Shown here piece after piece: positions 48,401 to 58,757 of a stretch of DNA of 64,000 nucleotides. The notes under the pieces are model-generated. The model worked only from the letters and a program-made list of their open reading frames with translations. It was not told the origin of the DNA and did no database searches. Made by a program: the position numbers and the translations under genes. The stretch is from Candidatus Levyibacteriota bacterium (GTDB taxonomy: Bacteria > Patescibacteriota > Microgenomatia > Levybacterales > UBA12049), in contig JBBSGT010000002.1 in the NCBI GenBank assembly GCA_038253825.1, positions 685 through 64,684 on the forward strand, given 5' to 3'. Positions within the stretch are counted from its first letter, which is position 1. Each line of letters starts with the position of its first letter.

Positions 48401-49980
48401 AACTCTTAACCAACATACTTATAAAACATCAGTATAAACTAATTTTATTATTTCTCTTCATTGTTAGTGCATTAGCAATTGAATATTTTTTTCTGTTGGG
48501 GCAACTCACTCTTTATGCTGACACTATGTCCCGCCTGGATATTGCTAGAAAAATCATTGATAATATAACACCAGGATTTGCTCAGGTCGGAAATGTTTGG
48601 CTACCGCTTCCTCAAATACTCATGCTACCTTTTATCTGGAATAGTTATCTATGGCATTCTGGCCTTGCTGGATCTTTCATGTCAATGTTTATGTTTATTA
48701 TTGGTGGCTATTTTGTCTATAAATCCGTATATCTCTTATCACAGTCGCCTTTGAGATCATTCTTATCCTTATTAATTTATTCTCTTAATATAAATTTATT
48801 ATATCTTCAGTCGACAGCGATGTCAGAAACAGCACTGATATGTACAATATCAGCCACGATATATTATTTTCTTGTTTGGACTAAAACCAAAAATAAAATG
48901 GACTTAATTCCTGCTGGGATCGCTGTCAGCTTGATGACGCTGACAAGATATGAAGGATTAGCTATTTTATTTGCTTCAATTCCAATGGTATTTATGATGG
49001 GGTTATTTATGTATAAGAACAGAATAAAATCAGAATCAGCGACTATTATCTATACTGTTTTAGCTATAACTGGGTTTTCTGCATGGACATTGTATTTAGC
49101 TTTAATTTTTGGTGATCCATTTTATTGGATTAATTATTATGCAACTCCCCAAGCGGTAGGTGAATCTCATATAAAATTATATACACAACATAAGTCATTT
49201 ACTGTTGCATCTATACAATATCTTACAGCAATGATTTGGACTATTGGATTGATTCCAATAATTATGTCTATTTTAGGTTCTGTCATACTTATTTATCAGT
49301 CATTTAAAAAGAAAACTCTCTATTTATTTCCTTTATTTCTTCCCCTTGCTATATTTTTGTTCATGGTGCTATCACTACAGCGAAATACACCTATAGGTCA
49401 ACCCGACCTAACAATAACAAACATTTTGTCTGGCAAAACAAGTCATATGGTGGGTTTTAATATCAGATATGGAATAATATTGATACCATGGGTTGCGGTA
49501 ATGTCTTCATTTTTATTCTCAATGAGAAATAGTATAGTAAAATTATTAATCTTTTCTGTTTTCTTTCTACAGATTTATTCATACTTTTTTCCAAAATATA
49601 CCGTGATCTATCAAATTCCCTTACAAATTCATGGTGGAAGAGAGCTTACTCCGTTTGGTGTTTGGTTGAGAAAAAATTATGATGGTGGCAAAATTTTGAT
49701 TAGTGCTATGGATCATGAAGATACAATGTTTGAAATGGGATTTAACTATAGTACATATATTCATGAAGGAAATCAACATTTTTGGAAGGATTCACTTAAA
49801 CATCCAGCTAGATACGCTTCATGGATAGTACTTGACTACGGAACCGGGATATCTAAGGATCCAAAAGTTAAATCACTGATGCATTCACCGGACTTAAAAA
49901 AAGATTATAAATTAGTTTATGTCGAGAATGGACTGCGTATATATAAGATTAAACATAAACCATATCTTGAAATTAAATGA
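48397..49980 (+). CDS. GT-C-fold glycosyltransferase, paralog 3
   Basis: YADTMSR...TPGFAQVGNVWLP, QSTAMSE, TRYEG, FNIRYG, YIHEG. Confidence 0.75.
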   Translation: MKLLTNILIKHQYKLILLFLFIVSALAIEYFFLLGQLTLYADTMSRLDIARKIIDNITPGFAQVGNVWLPLPQILMLPFIWNSYLWHSGLAGSFMSMFMFIIGGYFVYKSVYLLSQSPLRSFLSLLIYSLNINLLYLQSTAMSETALICTISATIYYFLVWTKTKNKMDLIPAGIAVSLMTLTRYEGLAILFASIPMVFMMGLFMYKNRIKSESATIIYTVLAITGFSAWTLYLALIFGDPFYWINYYATPQAVGESHIKLYTQHKSFTVASIQYLTAMIWTIGLIPIIMSILGSVILIYQSFKKKTLYLFPLFLPLAIFLFMVLSLQRNTPIGQPDLTITNILSGKTSHMVGFNIRYGIILIPWVAVMSSFLFSMRNSIVKLLIFSVFFLQIYSYFFPKYTVIYQIPLQIHGGRELTPFGVWLRKNYDGGKILISAMDHEDTMFEMGFNYSTYIHEGNQHFWKDSLKHPARYASWIVLDYGTGISKDPKVKSLMHSPDLKKDYKLVYVENGLRIYKIKHKPYLEIK

Positions 49981-50007
49981 TGAGGAAAAATGTAATAACA
50001 AATTATT

Positions 50008-51513
50008 ATGAATAATTCGAATATAATGAATAAGCTAATATTGTTTATCGCAACAATAGTATCGTTGACTTCATTATACTTCTCATTCAATCTTCACTAC
50101 ATCCTCACTTATAATGACGCTGCTTCGCACTTAAATATTGCTCGACGAATGGTGGATAGTCTTACGCCTGGAGTTGCTCAGATTGGGACGGTTTGGTTAC
50201 CTTTACCTCATTTACTTATGTTGCCCTTTGCAATGAACGATTTTCTTTGGCATACCGGGCTTGCGGGAAGTATTGTATCAATAATTGCCTTTATTGCTGG
50301 AGTGTCCTTTCTTTATAAACTTCTGTATATTCTCACCGAAAATATATGGGGTTCTGTAATTGGGACTCTTATTTTTGCTTTAAATCCCAACTTACTATAT
50401 ATGCAAACAACCCCTATGACAGAGACGCTTCTTATTACAGCCATAGTTATATCAATTTATTATCTCGCAAAGTTTTCAAAAACTTATGACATAAATGACC
50501 TAATTCTGTGCAGTGCCTTTGTGTCCGCTGCCACTCTCATTCGTTATGATGGTTGGTTTCTTTTTGCTTGTTTGAGTATATTACTGCCTATCTGGCTTTC
50601 TGTCGTAAGGGGAAGAAGAAGGGCTGAAAGTTCATTTATTTTGTTTGTTGCTTCGGGCGGGTTTGGCATTTATCTCTGGTTTCTATGGAATTATTTTATT
50701 TTTGGAGATGCGTTGTATTTTATAACCGGTCCTTATTCAGCCGCCGCCCAACAGAAAGTGTTACAACAAGTTGGACAACTACCAACCCAACATAACATCT
50801 ATCTCGCCGGATTGTATTATATATGGGCTGTCATTAATAACAACGGTATGTTGCTTACCATAGCGGGCTTTATAGGTATATGCATTGTGCCATTTATTCT
50901 TAGAAAGAAAAGCCAATTACTTGTATTATTTGCTATCATTTCACCTATTATCTTTAATATCATTGCCTTATTTTTAGGTCAATCTGCAATGAATGTTCCA
51001 CAAGCACCCACAAATCCTGGTATGTTTAATATCCGATATGGTATGATGGCATTACCCGCAATTGCTGTGGTGCTTGGTATTGTTGCTTCCAACAAATATG
51101 CTAGGATAATCGTACTTTTCCTACTGATAGCGCAAAGCTATCTCTTTGTTATACAAGGTGTCCCAGTCACATTGGCAGATGGATTACATGGGTTACAGGA
51201 GACATACTATACTATTGAAGCAAGCAAATGGTTGGCAGAGCATTATAAAGGAGGTCTGATTTTGACAAGTCTTGCATCCCATGACGCATTTGTTGCCAGA
51301 GCAGGGATACCCATGAAAAATTACATTCATGAAGGCACTCGTAATCACTGGACAGATGCTTTAAGAGAGCCTTCAAAAAGCGTGCAATATATTGCTGTTC
51401 TTAGCTACCCGCCAGACAGCGTCTATCGAATACTATATAATAATCCCGATTTTTTAGAGAATTATGAAATTATACATACCTACAAGAAATTTGATATATA
51501 TGAGAAGAAGTAG
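50008..51513 (+). CDS. GT-C-fold glycosyltransferase, paralog 4
   Basis: YNDAASH...TPGVAQIGTVWLP, QTTPMTE, IRYDGW, FNIRYG, YIHEG. Confidence 0.75.
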   Translation: MNNSNIMNKLILFIATIVSLTSLYFSFNLHYILTYNDAASHLNIARRMVDSLTPGVAQIGTVWLPLPHLLMLPFAMNDFLWHTGLAGSIVSIIAFIAGVSFLYKLLYILTENIWGSVIGTLIFALNPNLLYMQTTPMTETLLITAIVISIYYLAKFSKTYDINDLILCSAFVSAATLIRYDGWFLFACLSILLPIWLSVVRGRRRAESSFILFVASGGFGIYLWFLWNYFIFGDALYFITGPYSAAAQQKVLQQVGQLPTQHNIYLAGLYYIWAVINNNGMLLTIAGFIGICIVPFILRKKSQLLVLFAIISPIIFNIIALFLGQSAMNVPQAPTNPGMFNIRYGMMALPAIAVVLGIVASNKYARIIVLFLLIAQSYLFVIQGVPVTLADGLHGLQETYYTIEASKWLAEHYKGGLILTSLASHDAFVARAGIPMKNYIHEGTRNHWTDALREPSKSVQYIAVLSYPPDSVYRILYNNPDFLENYEIIHTYKKFDIYEKK

Positions 51514-52774
51514 ATTAAAAATATTTTCAGGAATATTCGTCTGTGTTTTTCTTTTTGGTATTTTTGCTTTTATTCCACGCGTTTTCCCCGAGGGATCGAC
51601 AGTTCCAGACAAGCTTTGGAAAATTCAATCAATCGATACTATGAAGACCTCGAGAGATAAAGCCAGACAAGAACTCAACAATACGGATTATGATACTAAT
51701 ATCAAAACAGAACTTGGGTTAATAAAGGATACAGGCGCGAACTATGTCGCTATAGATACCCCGTATGATAATGAATTTAAGCCTTACTTAAAACGTTGGG
51801 TAAAGTATGCTCGTGACGCAGGTTTGCATGTTTGGTTCAGGGGTAATTGGTCAGCTTGGGAAGGATGGTTTGATTACCCTAAAAATCTTACGCCAGAAGA
51901 GCATATTGCGAAAACGAGTGAATTTATCAAAAATAATCCAGACCTTTTTGCCGACAAAGATATTTTTGATGCTTGCCCGGAATGTGAAAACGCGCATTAT
52001 TGGCCGCAACCGGCAAAGAATGAAGAATATCTTGCCTTTTTAAGAAAGCAGCAAGCGTCAGATCAAGCAGCTTTCGCTACCATCCATAAAAATGTACATA
52101 CGAATATTGCTTCTGTTATTGGTGGAAGAGCAAAAGAAGTAATGGATCAGGATACAATCAATGCCTATGAAAATGTAGTCTCAATAGACCACTATGTAAA
52201 AAACACTCGGTCTATGTCAGATTATCTCCATTATTTTCCTACAAAACTTAACTCAAAGGTAGTTATAAGTGAATTCGGTGCGCCAATTCCTGATATTAAT
52301 GGAGACATGAGCGAAGATCAGCAAGCAAATTTTATCAATGCAATTTTTGCGACCTTTTATCAAAATAAAGATACTATTCTGGGTGTCAATTATTTCGTCC
52401 TGATGGATGGTACAACTAAACTACTTAACGATGATTATTCTCTACGCAAAGCTTATCAAATTGTAAAGAATTATTATTCTCCGGGAATTATTAAGGGGCA
52501 AGTAACTAACTCACATGGTGATCCACTAGCAAATGTACCTATAAAATCTCCAGAAGGGTTGGTAAATGTTCGAACAGATGAAAATGGTAATTATAGTTTT
52601 GCTATGCCGCCTGGATCAATAACACTTATTGCCGGCGGAGGAAAATATACAATAAAAAACAAAGAAGCGATGATAGCAACGAGTGCTACTGAAGTAACAC
52701 AAAATTTTCAACTTGACCCAATTAACCCTGATATTTTTTACAAAATTAGCGATTATTTACATAAAATAATTTGA
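51500..52774 (+). CDS. Putative GH-A hydrolase paralog 2 + carboxypeptidase-regulatory-like beta domain
   Basis: QSIDTMKTSRD, WFRGNW, PECE, DHY, SEFG; C-terminal IKGQVTN...PLANV...TDENGNYSF. Confidence 0.6.
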   Translation: MRRSRLKIFSGIFVCVFLFGIFAFIPRVFPEGSTVPDKLWKIQSIDTMKTSRDKARQELNNTDYDTNIKTELGLIKDTGANYVAIDTPYDNEFKPYLKRWVKYARDAGLHVWFRGNWSAWEGWFDYPKNLTPEEHIAKTSEFIKNNPDLFADKDIFDACPECENAHYWPQPAKNEEYLAFLRKQQASDQAAFATIHKNVHTNIASVIGGRAKEVMDQDTINAYENVVSIDHYVKNTRSMSDYLHYFPTKLNSKVVISEFGAPIPDINGDMSEDQQANFINAIFATFYQNKDTILGVNYFVLMDGTTKLLNDDYSLRKAYQIVKNYYSPGIIKGQVTNSHGDPLANVPIKSPEGLVNVRTDENGNYSFAMPPGSITLIAGGGKYTIKNKEAMIATSATEVTQNFQLDPINPDIFYKISDYLHKII

Positions 52775-52934
52775 GTAGACTCCATCAATTATTTAGTTTA
52801 AATACGAAGATACCATCTACATATCTTTCCAAACAAAGGAATATAAAATAAGACTTAAACCGAAAGATCAACGCTTGATCTGAAGAATTGGACAAATTGT
52901 TCAAACTCGTTTATAGTGATCAAACATGTAAAAT

Positions 52935-54215
52935 ATGAAAAAAACAATAACTAATCATATAGCATCATCTCTATATAGTATTGCTGTTATCCTGACGCTT
53001 ATGGCGGTTATAGAACCGCAACAAGTTCATGCACAAGACCGAACGAATTTCTGGAAATATCAATGTATCGATACGATGAAAGAATCGCGTGATAATGCAC
53101 GTGCCTCTCTGGATGATCCAACACTGGACAAAAATATTGTTTGGGAAATGAAAACCATTAAATCCTTGGGCGCTAATTGTGTGGCAATTGATACACCATA
53201 CGACGCTGAATTTCTCCCTGTTCTGAATAAATGGGTAGCAGGTGCGCGTGCGGAGGATCTCCATATCTGGTTTCGCGGCAATTTTTCGGGATGGGAAGGA
53301 TGGTTTGGTTACCCAAAAATTACATCTTCTCAAGATGAACTCACTCGGTTAAGTACGTTTATTAAAGCTAACCCTCAAGTATTCCAAGATGGTGATATTT
53401 TCACCGGAACTCCAGAAGCTGAAAATGGTGGTCCGTTAGTTCCTGTAAACCCTGCACATTATCCTGATTATCGCCAATTTTTGATCGATGAATATGCTAC
53501 TGAGAAAGATGCTTTTTCTAGTATTAACAAAAATATAACTCTTAATTGGTTCTCCATGAATGGAGATATTGCTAAACAGATATATGATCAGGTTACTTTG
53601 GATAAAATCGGCAACGTAGTTACAGTTGATCACTATATCAAAGATGCAAATGAAATGGGAGATATTATTAAATATTTTAACACTACTTATGGGAGTAAAT
53701 TTATGCTTGGTGAATTTGGTGCTCCTATCCCCGACATCAATGGTAATATGACTGAGGATCAACAGGCTACTTTCGTCGATCAGGTATTTCAGCAGCTTTA
53801 TCAACAGCGTGAAAAAGTCCTAGGAATAAATTATTGGGATCTTACTGATGGGTCTACGGCACTCATGAACGATGACAAAACTCCTCGTAAGGTTACTGAG
53901 GTCATTAAAAAATATTTCAATCCTCCGGTAGTGAAAGGTAAAGTTACAACTATCGATCATTTCCCACTGGCAGATTTGGATATCTCTACTAATGACAGTA
54001 GTATAATGGTAAAAACAGATAAAGACGGTATGTATTCCTTCCCTACTACAGCGACTGATATCGAACTGCAAGTGAATTATCAAGATAAAGTTGCAACCGC
54101 CTCAGTAAGTCATTTGCAGCCTGATAAAACTTATATTAAAAATTTTATGATTGGTACTATGCAAAAAAGTCTTGTTGAACAACTTCAAGAATTTATCAAA
54201 AAGTGTCTTCAGTAA
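52935..54215 (+). CDS. Putative GH-A hydrolase paralog 3 + beta domain
   Basis: Signal peptide; QCIDTMKESRD, WFRGNF, PEAE, DHY, GEFG, GINYW; VKGKVT...TDKDGMYSF. Confidence 0.6.
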   Translation: MKKTITNHIASSLYSIAVILTLMAVIEPQQVHAQDRTNFWKYQCIDTMKESRDNARASLDDPTLDKNIVWEMKTIKSLGANCVAIDTPYDAEFLPVLNKWVAGARAEDLHIWFRGNFSGWEGWFGYPKITSSQDELTRLSTFIKANPQVFQDGDIFTGTPEAENGGPLVPVNPAHYPDYRQFLIDEYATEKDAFSSINKNITLNWFSMNGDIAKQIYDQVTLDKIGNVVTVDHYIKDANEMGDIIKYFNTTYGSKFMLGEFGAPIPDINGNMTEDQQATFVDQVFQQLYQQREKVLGINYWDLTDGSTALMNDDKTPRKVTEVIKKYFNPPVVKGKVTTIDHFPLADLDISTNDSSIMVKTDKDGMYSFPTTATDIELQVNYQDKVATASVSHLQPDKTYIKNFMIGTMQKSLVEQLQEFIKKCLQ

Positions 54216-55109
54216 TTATTTATTTGTTCCGAGTGAAGACATCGTTTTTCCGAAATTAGCAAAGCAAAAAGCCATATCAGCGAAAGCTTTACCCGTATAT
54301 TTGTCAAAGATATCTATAAATGGCTTGTATTTAAGTAAGAAAGTCACAATTACTTTAAAAGGCCATTCAATCATAGTTATAACTGTATCTATAATATATT
54401 TTACCCAGATAGTAAAAGCAATCAATATCGACCAACACCAAGAAAGTATGTCCTGGATGACTGAAACAAAGAAGTGATAAATATTGGCGAAAACAAATGT
54501 TAGAGTTTTCGTGAGCATAACAACTCCCCAGCTAACACTTTTCCATATACTCATTGCAATCATACTTACCCCATGAAAGAACCTAAACAAACCGCTTCCA
54601 GTGTTCAGTATAGCTACTTGCATTGCATGAGAAGTTATTGCAATTGAATCTACGACAGACTGAAAACCAAAGATAAATATTGAAGCAATGTAGGTCACAG
54701 ATGAAGAAAAAGCTTGGTTCATTAAAACAAGTAATGGCTGAAGATTAAGTAATTGAACACTTTGTGTGAGCACACTTGCTGCGGTTCGTAATGCGTATAT
54801 CAGGATGCTTCCAGCGGTCATAAAACTGTTCATCATCACGTCATATCCATACACAATTAACCCTCCGCATAATGTCAAAAAACTGAGTGGGTTTTGCAAT
54901 GAAATCCAAGACAAGTCAAAGCTAAATTGGATCGAAGTTAATGGATTTCGGAAGGGCGAACTTACAACAAATGTTGCCATAAAGACAATTAACATTATGA
55001 AAATCGGAAGCATGCCGTAAAACGATTTAGTAAAGGAAAGCGAGGAATCTTGCTCAGTTTTTTTGGTGTACTTTCTCTTCGGACGATTTTTTATGACGAA
55101 CTTTCTCAT
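54216..55109 (-). CDS. Hypothetical membrane protein
   Basis: Basic N-terminus followed by long hydrophobic/amphipathic helices. Confidence 0.6.
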   Translation of the reverse strand: MRKFVIKNRPKRKYTKKTEQDSSLSFTKSFYGMLPIFIMLIVFMATFVVSSPFRNPLTSIQFSFDLSWISLQNPLSFLTLCGGLIVYGYDVMMNSFMTAGSILIYALRTAASVLTQSVQLLNLQPLLVLMNQAFSSSVTYIASIFIFGFQSVVDSIAITSHAMQVAILNTGSGLFRFFHGVSMIAMSIWKSVSWGVVMLTKTLTFVFANIYHFFVSVIQDILSWCWSILIAFTIWVKYIIDTVITMIEWPFKVIVTFLLKYKPFIDIFDKYTGKAFADMAFCFANFGKTMSSLGTNK

Positions 55110-55210
55110 CGTTGTCGAGCAGTGCCAACATTATACACCATATTCTTTGACTTTGCATAAAGCCATCATGCTTGAGCAAATATCGATTTTTTGCTATACT
55201 CTTAGCATCA

Positions 55211-55281
55211 GCGGGTGTAGTTCAATGGTAGAACAGCAGATTTCCAATCTGCATACGAGAGTCCGATTCTCTTCACCCGCT
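55211..55281 (+). tRNA. tRNA-Gly(TCC)
   Basis: GCGGGTG/CACCCGC acceptor stem; GCAGA-TTTCCAA-TCTGC anticodon arm. Confidence 0.92.
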
Positions 55282-55426
55282 CAACCTAATTTAATTTTTT
55301 GACCTGGACAATTCTATTTTCTCCTTTCCTTCTTTTATGCTTGTAACACTTCTTTTAAACTGTTAAAATGAGAATATACTGAGCAATTTGAATTTCTGAT
55401 TGATTTGAATCTTCTGCTCATTCTTT

Positions 55427-56014
55427 ATGGAGACCACTACAAATCTAGCCAAACATACTACGCAGAATCCATTAAGTAAATTTTTCTTAGATAATTTTAA
55501 AAGTCTTTTGCTTGTCCAGGTAAAAGCTCTTCGACCTGAATCAATTCTAGATGTTGGTGCTGGTGAAGGATTTACTTTGGAAATGTTTCGTAAAAATAAT
55601 ATTGGGAAGAAATTGGAAGGAATCGAATATATGGATGAGGCGTTAGTATTTGCTAGACAACTTCACCCACATGTGACGATCAAAAAAGGAGACATTTACA
55701 AACTTCCTTACAAAGATAATGCGTTTGATCTTATTATTTGTACTGAAGTAATGGAACATCTTGATGATCCAGGAAAAGCATTGGAAGAAATAAAGCGAGT
55801 TGCAAAAAAATTCGCCATCCTTTCAGTTCCGAATGAACCATTATTTACGATTCAAAGATTTCTACGAGGTAAAAATATGCTCAAACTTGGAGGTCATCCT
55901 GAACACATTCAGCATTGGAGTTCAGGGCAGTTTGAAAAGTTTGTACGAGAACATATGCTGATAAAAGATGTAAAAACTCCCCTCCCCTGGACAATGATTA
56001 CTGCGAAGAAATAA
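55427..56014 (+). CDS. Class I SAM-dependent methyltransferase
   Basis: ILDVGAGEG, GDIYKLPY, FDLIICTEVMEH, SVPNEP. Confidence 0.9.
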   Translation: METTTNLAKHTTQNPLSKFFLDNFKSLLLVQVKALRPESILDVGAGEGFTLEMFRKNNIGKKLEGIEYMDEALVFARQLHPHVTIKKGDIYKLPYKDNAFDLIICTEVMEHLDDPGKALEEIKRVAKKFAILSVPNEPLFTIQRFLRGKNMLKLGGHPEHIQHWSSGQFEKFVREHMLIKDVKTPLPWTMITAKK

Positions 56015-56017
56015 AAC

Positions 56018-57007
56018 CTATTTTTGTGCTTCGAGACTTCGATAAATAACAAGGATAAATGAAATAAAAGGAATTGAAAGTAAAGCGCCGACGATACCCA
56101 TCAGATTTGCTCCTACAGTAACGCCAATAATGACCGCGACAGGATTGAGGCCTACTGCCCGTTCCATAATCTTTGGCACCAGCAATTGATTCTCGAGCGC
56201 CTGAATCAGGATATACGTAATCACTACTACTATTGCGAGCGCAGGTGATATCGTCAGTGCTACAATAACTGCCGGAATAGCTGCCAGTGTGGGTCCAAAG
56301 GTAGGCAAGATTTCCAGTACGCCTGCAAGTAACCCCAGCGGAATGGCAAAGGGTACACCCAACACCGTTAACGATATCCAGGTAATAAAACCAATTGAAG
56401 CGCTTAAAATCATTTGACCTTGCAGCCATGCGCCGAGTTTTTCATTGACCTGATCGATTATGGTGAGAACTTTGTCATGTGTATGATGATGAAAAAGGTG
56501 AGCAAATTTCTTCTTAAAGATATCATTATAAAGCAACAGATAAAGACTGACGATAAAAATAGTAATAGCGGTAAAGATACCTCCAAACACTTGTGTCGTT
56601 ACAGTAAGTGCACTTGAACTAAGGTTGGCAAGTTGATTGTTGAAGTATCCTTGTAGCTCATGTGGATTAATTCTCAAACCGACAAATTTAGCAGATTGAT
56701 CCAGTGATTTCGGGAACCCAAGGAAGAGAGATTCTATTTGTGAAACCACAAAAGGAATTAAAGGGATAATAAGTAAGAACAATAAAATAACAATACCAAA
56801 ATATGGAATTAAGACGGATAGTAATTTCGGCACTCTTTTTTTACGAAGAAACTGTGTTATTGGCAAAATAGCGGCCATAATAATATACGAAAGAAATAGA
56901 GAAAAAAGAATCTCCCTGATTTGAAAAAGAAACCATGCAGAAAAAATGATAAAGAGGGCAAAAAGAACCTGATTCTTTGAAAGATAATCAAAAAAGCGCT
57001 GTAACAT
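56018..57007 (-). CDS. AI-2E family transporter
   Basis: LEILPTFGP, QALENQLLVPKIM, GLNP, GALLSIP. Confidence 0.9.
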   Translation of the reverse strand: MLQRFFDYLSKNQVLFALFIIFSAWFLFQIREILFSLFLSYIIMAAILPITQFLRKKRVPKLLSVLIPYFGIVILLFLLIIPLIPFVVSQIESLFLGFPKSLDQSAKFVGLRINPHELQGYFNNQLANLSSSALTVTTQVFGGIFTAITIFIVSLYLLLYNDIFKKKFAHLFHHHTHDKVLTIIDQVNEKLGAWLQGQMILSASIGFITWISLTVLGVPFAIPLGLLAGVLEILPTFGPTLAAIPAVIVALTISPALAIVVVITYILIQALENQLLVPKIMERAVGLNPVAVIIGVTVGANLMGIVGALLSIPFISFILVIYRSLEAQK

Positions 57008-57168
57008 ACTTTACTTAACTATATGAGAAATCGTTCAGCTTGTCAATGAAGCTAGAAGACAATTCAGAAAAAATTTATATCCTTTGAACTGAAAATTAGG
57101 GAAAGATAATAATACAAGTATACGTAATTTCTGAAGGAACTATGTGCTCACTACTATTCAAGTCTTTT

Positions 57169-57840
57169 TTAATCTCCCGCATTCTCACCGTTTGTTCCTG
57201 GTGTTCCAGTGGCTCCCGTTCCACCGGTTGTACTACTTCCTCCATTTGTGCTGGTTACACCATTTATACTATTACCTCCACTTGTACTAGTACTTCCGTT
57301 TACTCCATTTATTCCCGGCAATCCATTTATACTGGTTCCAGAAGTCCCACTGCCACCTAATCCGCCATTTATTCCTGTTCCTCCTCCCAGTCCGGGAGCA
57401 CTGATTGGTCCAATACCATTCTTAAATCTGCCTCCACCGATACCTTTGCCTATACCAGGATTCGTCTTACCTCCAATAAGCGACTGGAGCAAATTAATAA
57501 GCATAGCTATAATATTTTGTTGGCCGCCCATCGTAGGTGCTTGTCCTCCTTGACCCTGTTGTCCTATACCGGAAGGTACTGGTAAACTATTTCCATTTAT
57601 CGGTCCTGGCGCTTGAACCTTTGGGTTCGTTGGTGCAATTGTCGGACAGGAACCCATACATGCCGGAGAAGGGACGGTGGCTGCTTCTTGGCGGAGGTCT
57701 TGGGGCTGCTGGAGGGAAATAATTGTCAAGAAAAGAACGACTACGAGGGAAAGAACGATAATTAAATTTTTAGGAGCAGACTTCCTTTTGGTCTGAGAGA
57801 TAGAAGTTTTTTTAGCTTTTTTTCTCGTTACTGTTTTCAT
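57169..57840 (-). CDS. Single-TM exported Gly-rich low-complexity protein
   Basis: Basic N-terminus, TM, QQPQDLRQEA, CMGSC, then Gly/Asn/Thr-rich repeats. Confidence 0.65.
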   Translation of the reverse strand: MKTVTRKKAKKTSISQTKRKSAPKNLIIVLSLVVVLFLTIISLQQPQDLRQEAATVPSPACMGSCPTIAPTNPKVQAPGPINGNSLPVPSGIGQQGQGGQAPTMGGQQNIIAMLINLLQSLIGGKTNPGIGKGIGGGRFKNGIGPISAPGLGGGTGINGGLGGSGTSGTSINGLPGINGVNGSTSTSGGNSINGVTSTNGGSSTTGGTGATGTPGTNGENAGD

Positions 57841-58041
57841 AGCCTTTGATGAAAAAATTGTATATATACAGCTTATTGTTTTACTCATGTGTATGTCAAT
57901 AAGCAAAAAAAAAGTATTGGCAAAATAGATTAGAAAAGCATTTTCTTATTTATCTAGCAAGTGATCTACGAATAAGGTAAATCGTCCGAAGCTAAAAAAT
58001 TGCAACTTTGAGGCTTACTTGCTACAATACATGTATAAAAT

Positions 58042-58118
58042 GCGCCCATAGCTCAGCTGGATAGAGCACGTCGGTTCTAACGACATGGTCGGGGGTTCGA
58101 ATCCCTCTGGGCGTACCA
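58042..58118 (+). tRNA. tRNA-Arg(TCT)
   Basis: GCGCCCA/TGGGCGT acceptor stem, anticodon loop GTTCTAA, GGTTCGAATCC T-arm, encoded CCA. Confidence 0.9.
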
Positions 58119-58440
58119 TATATCATTTTTTGAATATAATTCAAGTTTAGCCTGATATGACGATCCGATTGTAGATTCGAGCCGGGCTTTTTCCGCATTT
58201 ACCCGTTTTGCTGCTTCTTTATATTTAAAATACAAATATTGAGGCTGAAACTGCAATTTTTGATCTAGTAAGATCAGGTTGAGTCAAATCATTTTGACAA
58301 TAACCTTTTGATCTTCTGGAATATTATTATCAAATATTTTACGGGCACGTAGACCCAAATCAAATGTATCTCGTGCTATTTGTCCCCAATCATCGCCGTT
58401 TGCATCATCAGAAACGATCTGCAATAACTCCCAAAGAACC
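58098..58440 (-). mobile_element. Decayed C-terminal remnant of a large serine recombinase reading into the tRNA-Arg 3' end
   Basis: Frame ...DDWGQIARDTFDLGLRARKIFD...KVIVKMI*LNLILLDQKLQF...KARLES...NDIWYAQRDSN continues into the reverse complement of the tRNA. Assignment rests on recalled resemblance. Confidence 0.5.
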
Positions 58441-58709
58441 GTTTTCAGGAGAAACAATGTTGATTGAAACAAGCATCCAGAAAAAACTATGCGAGGGAGT
58501 ATATATAGCCAGTAGTATATGAAGAGAAAGTAACGATTAAAAAAGAAAGCATTGTTGCTAAAAGTAATGATGAAAAAAGGCAAGAAGGCAAACTATCGAG
58601 GGTGTTTCCAGAGAATAAAAAGCTTAAATAATTTGTAGGCGCCCGTACCTACGATAATTTGCTTATTTTGAGCTTAATTGAGAAGAAAACACTGCCTACT
58701 ATATCTCTA

Positions 58710-58757
58710 TTGACAAATTTTATGAAGCTTAGTAAGATATCCCCTACAGGGGGATAT
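58710..58757 (+). promoter_or_regulatory. csoR promoter and CsoR-type operator
   Basis: TTGACA(58710)-17 nt-TAAGAT(58733); C/G-tract palindrome ATATCCCC-TACAG-GGGGATAT at 58737-58757. Confidence 0.8.

Noticed and set aside
57169-57500. Collagen-like protein
   Set aside because: Gly-X-Y periodicity holds only for short stretches; treated as Gly-rich low complexity.
58441-58757. N-terminal parts of ORFs 58284-58583 and 58659-59033
   Set aside because: Low-complexity or promoter sequence; the csoR start at 58758 follows its promoter and operator.
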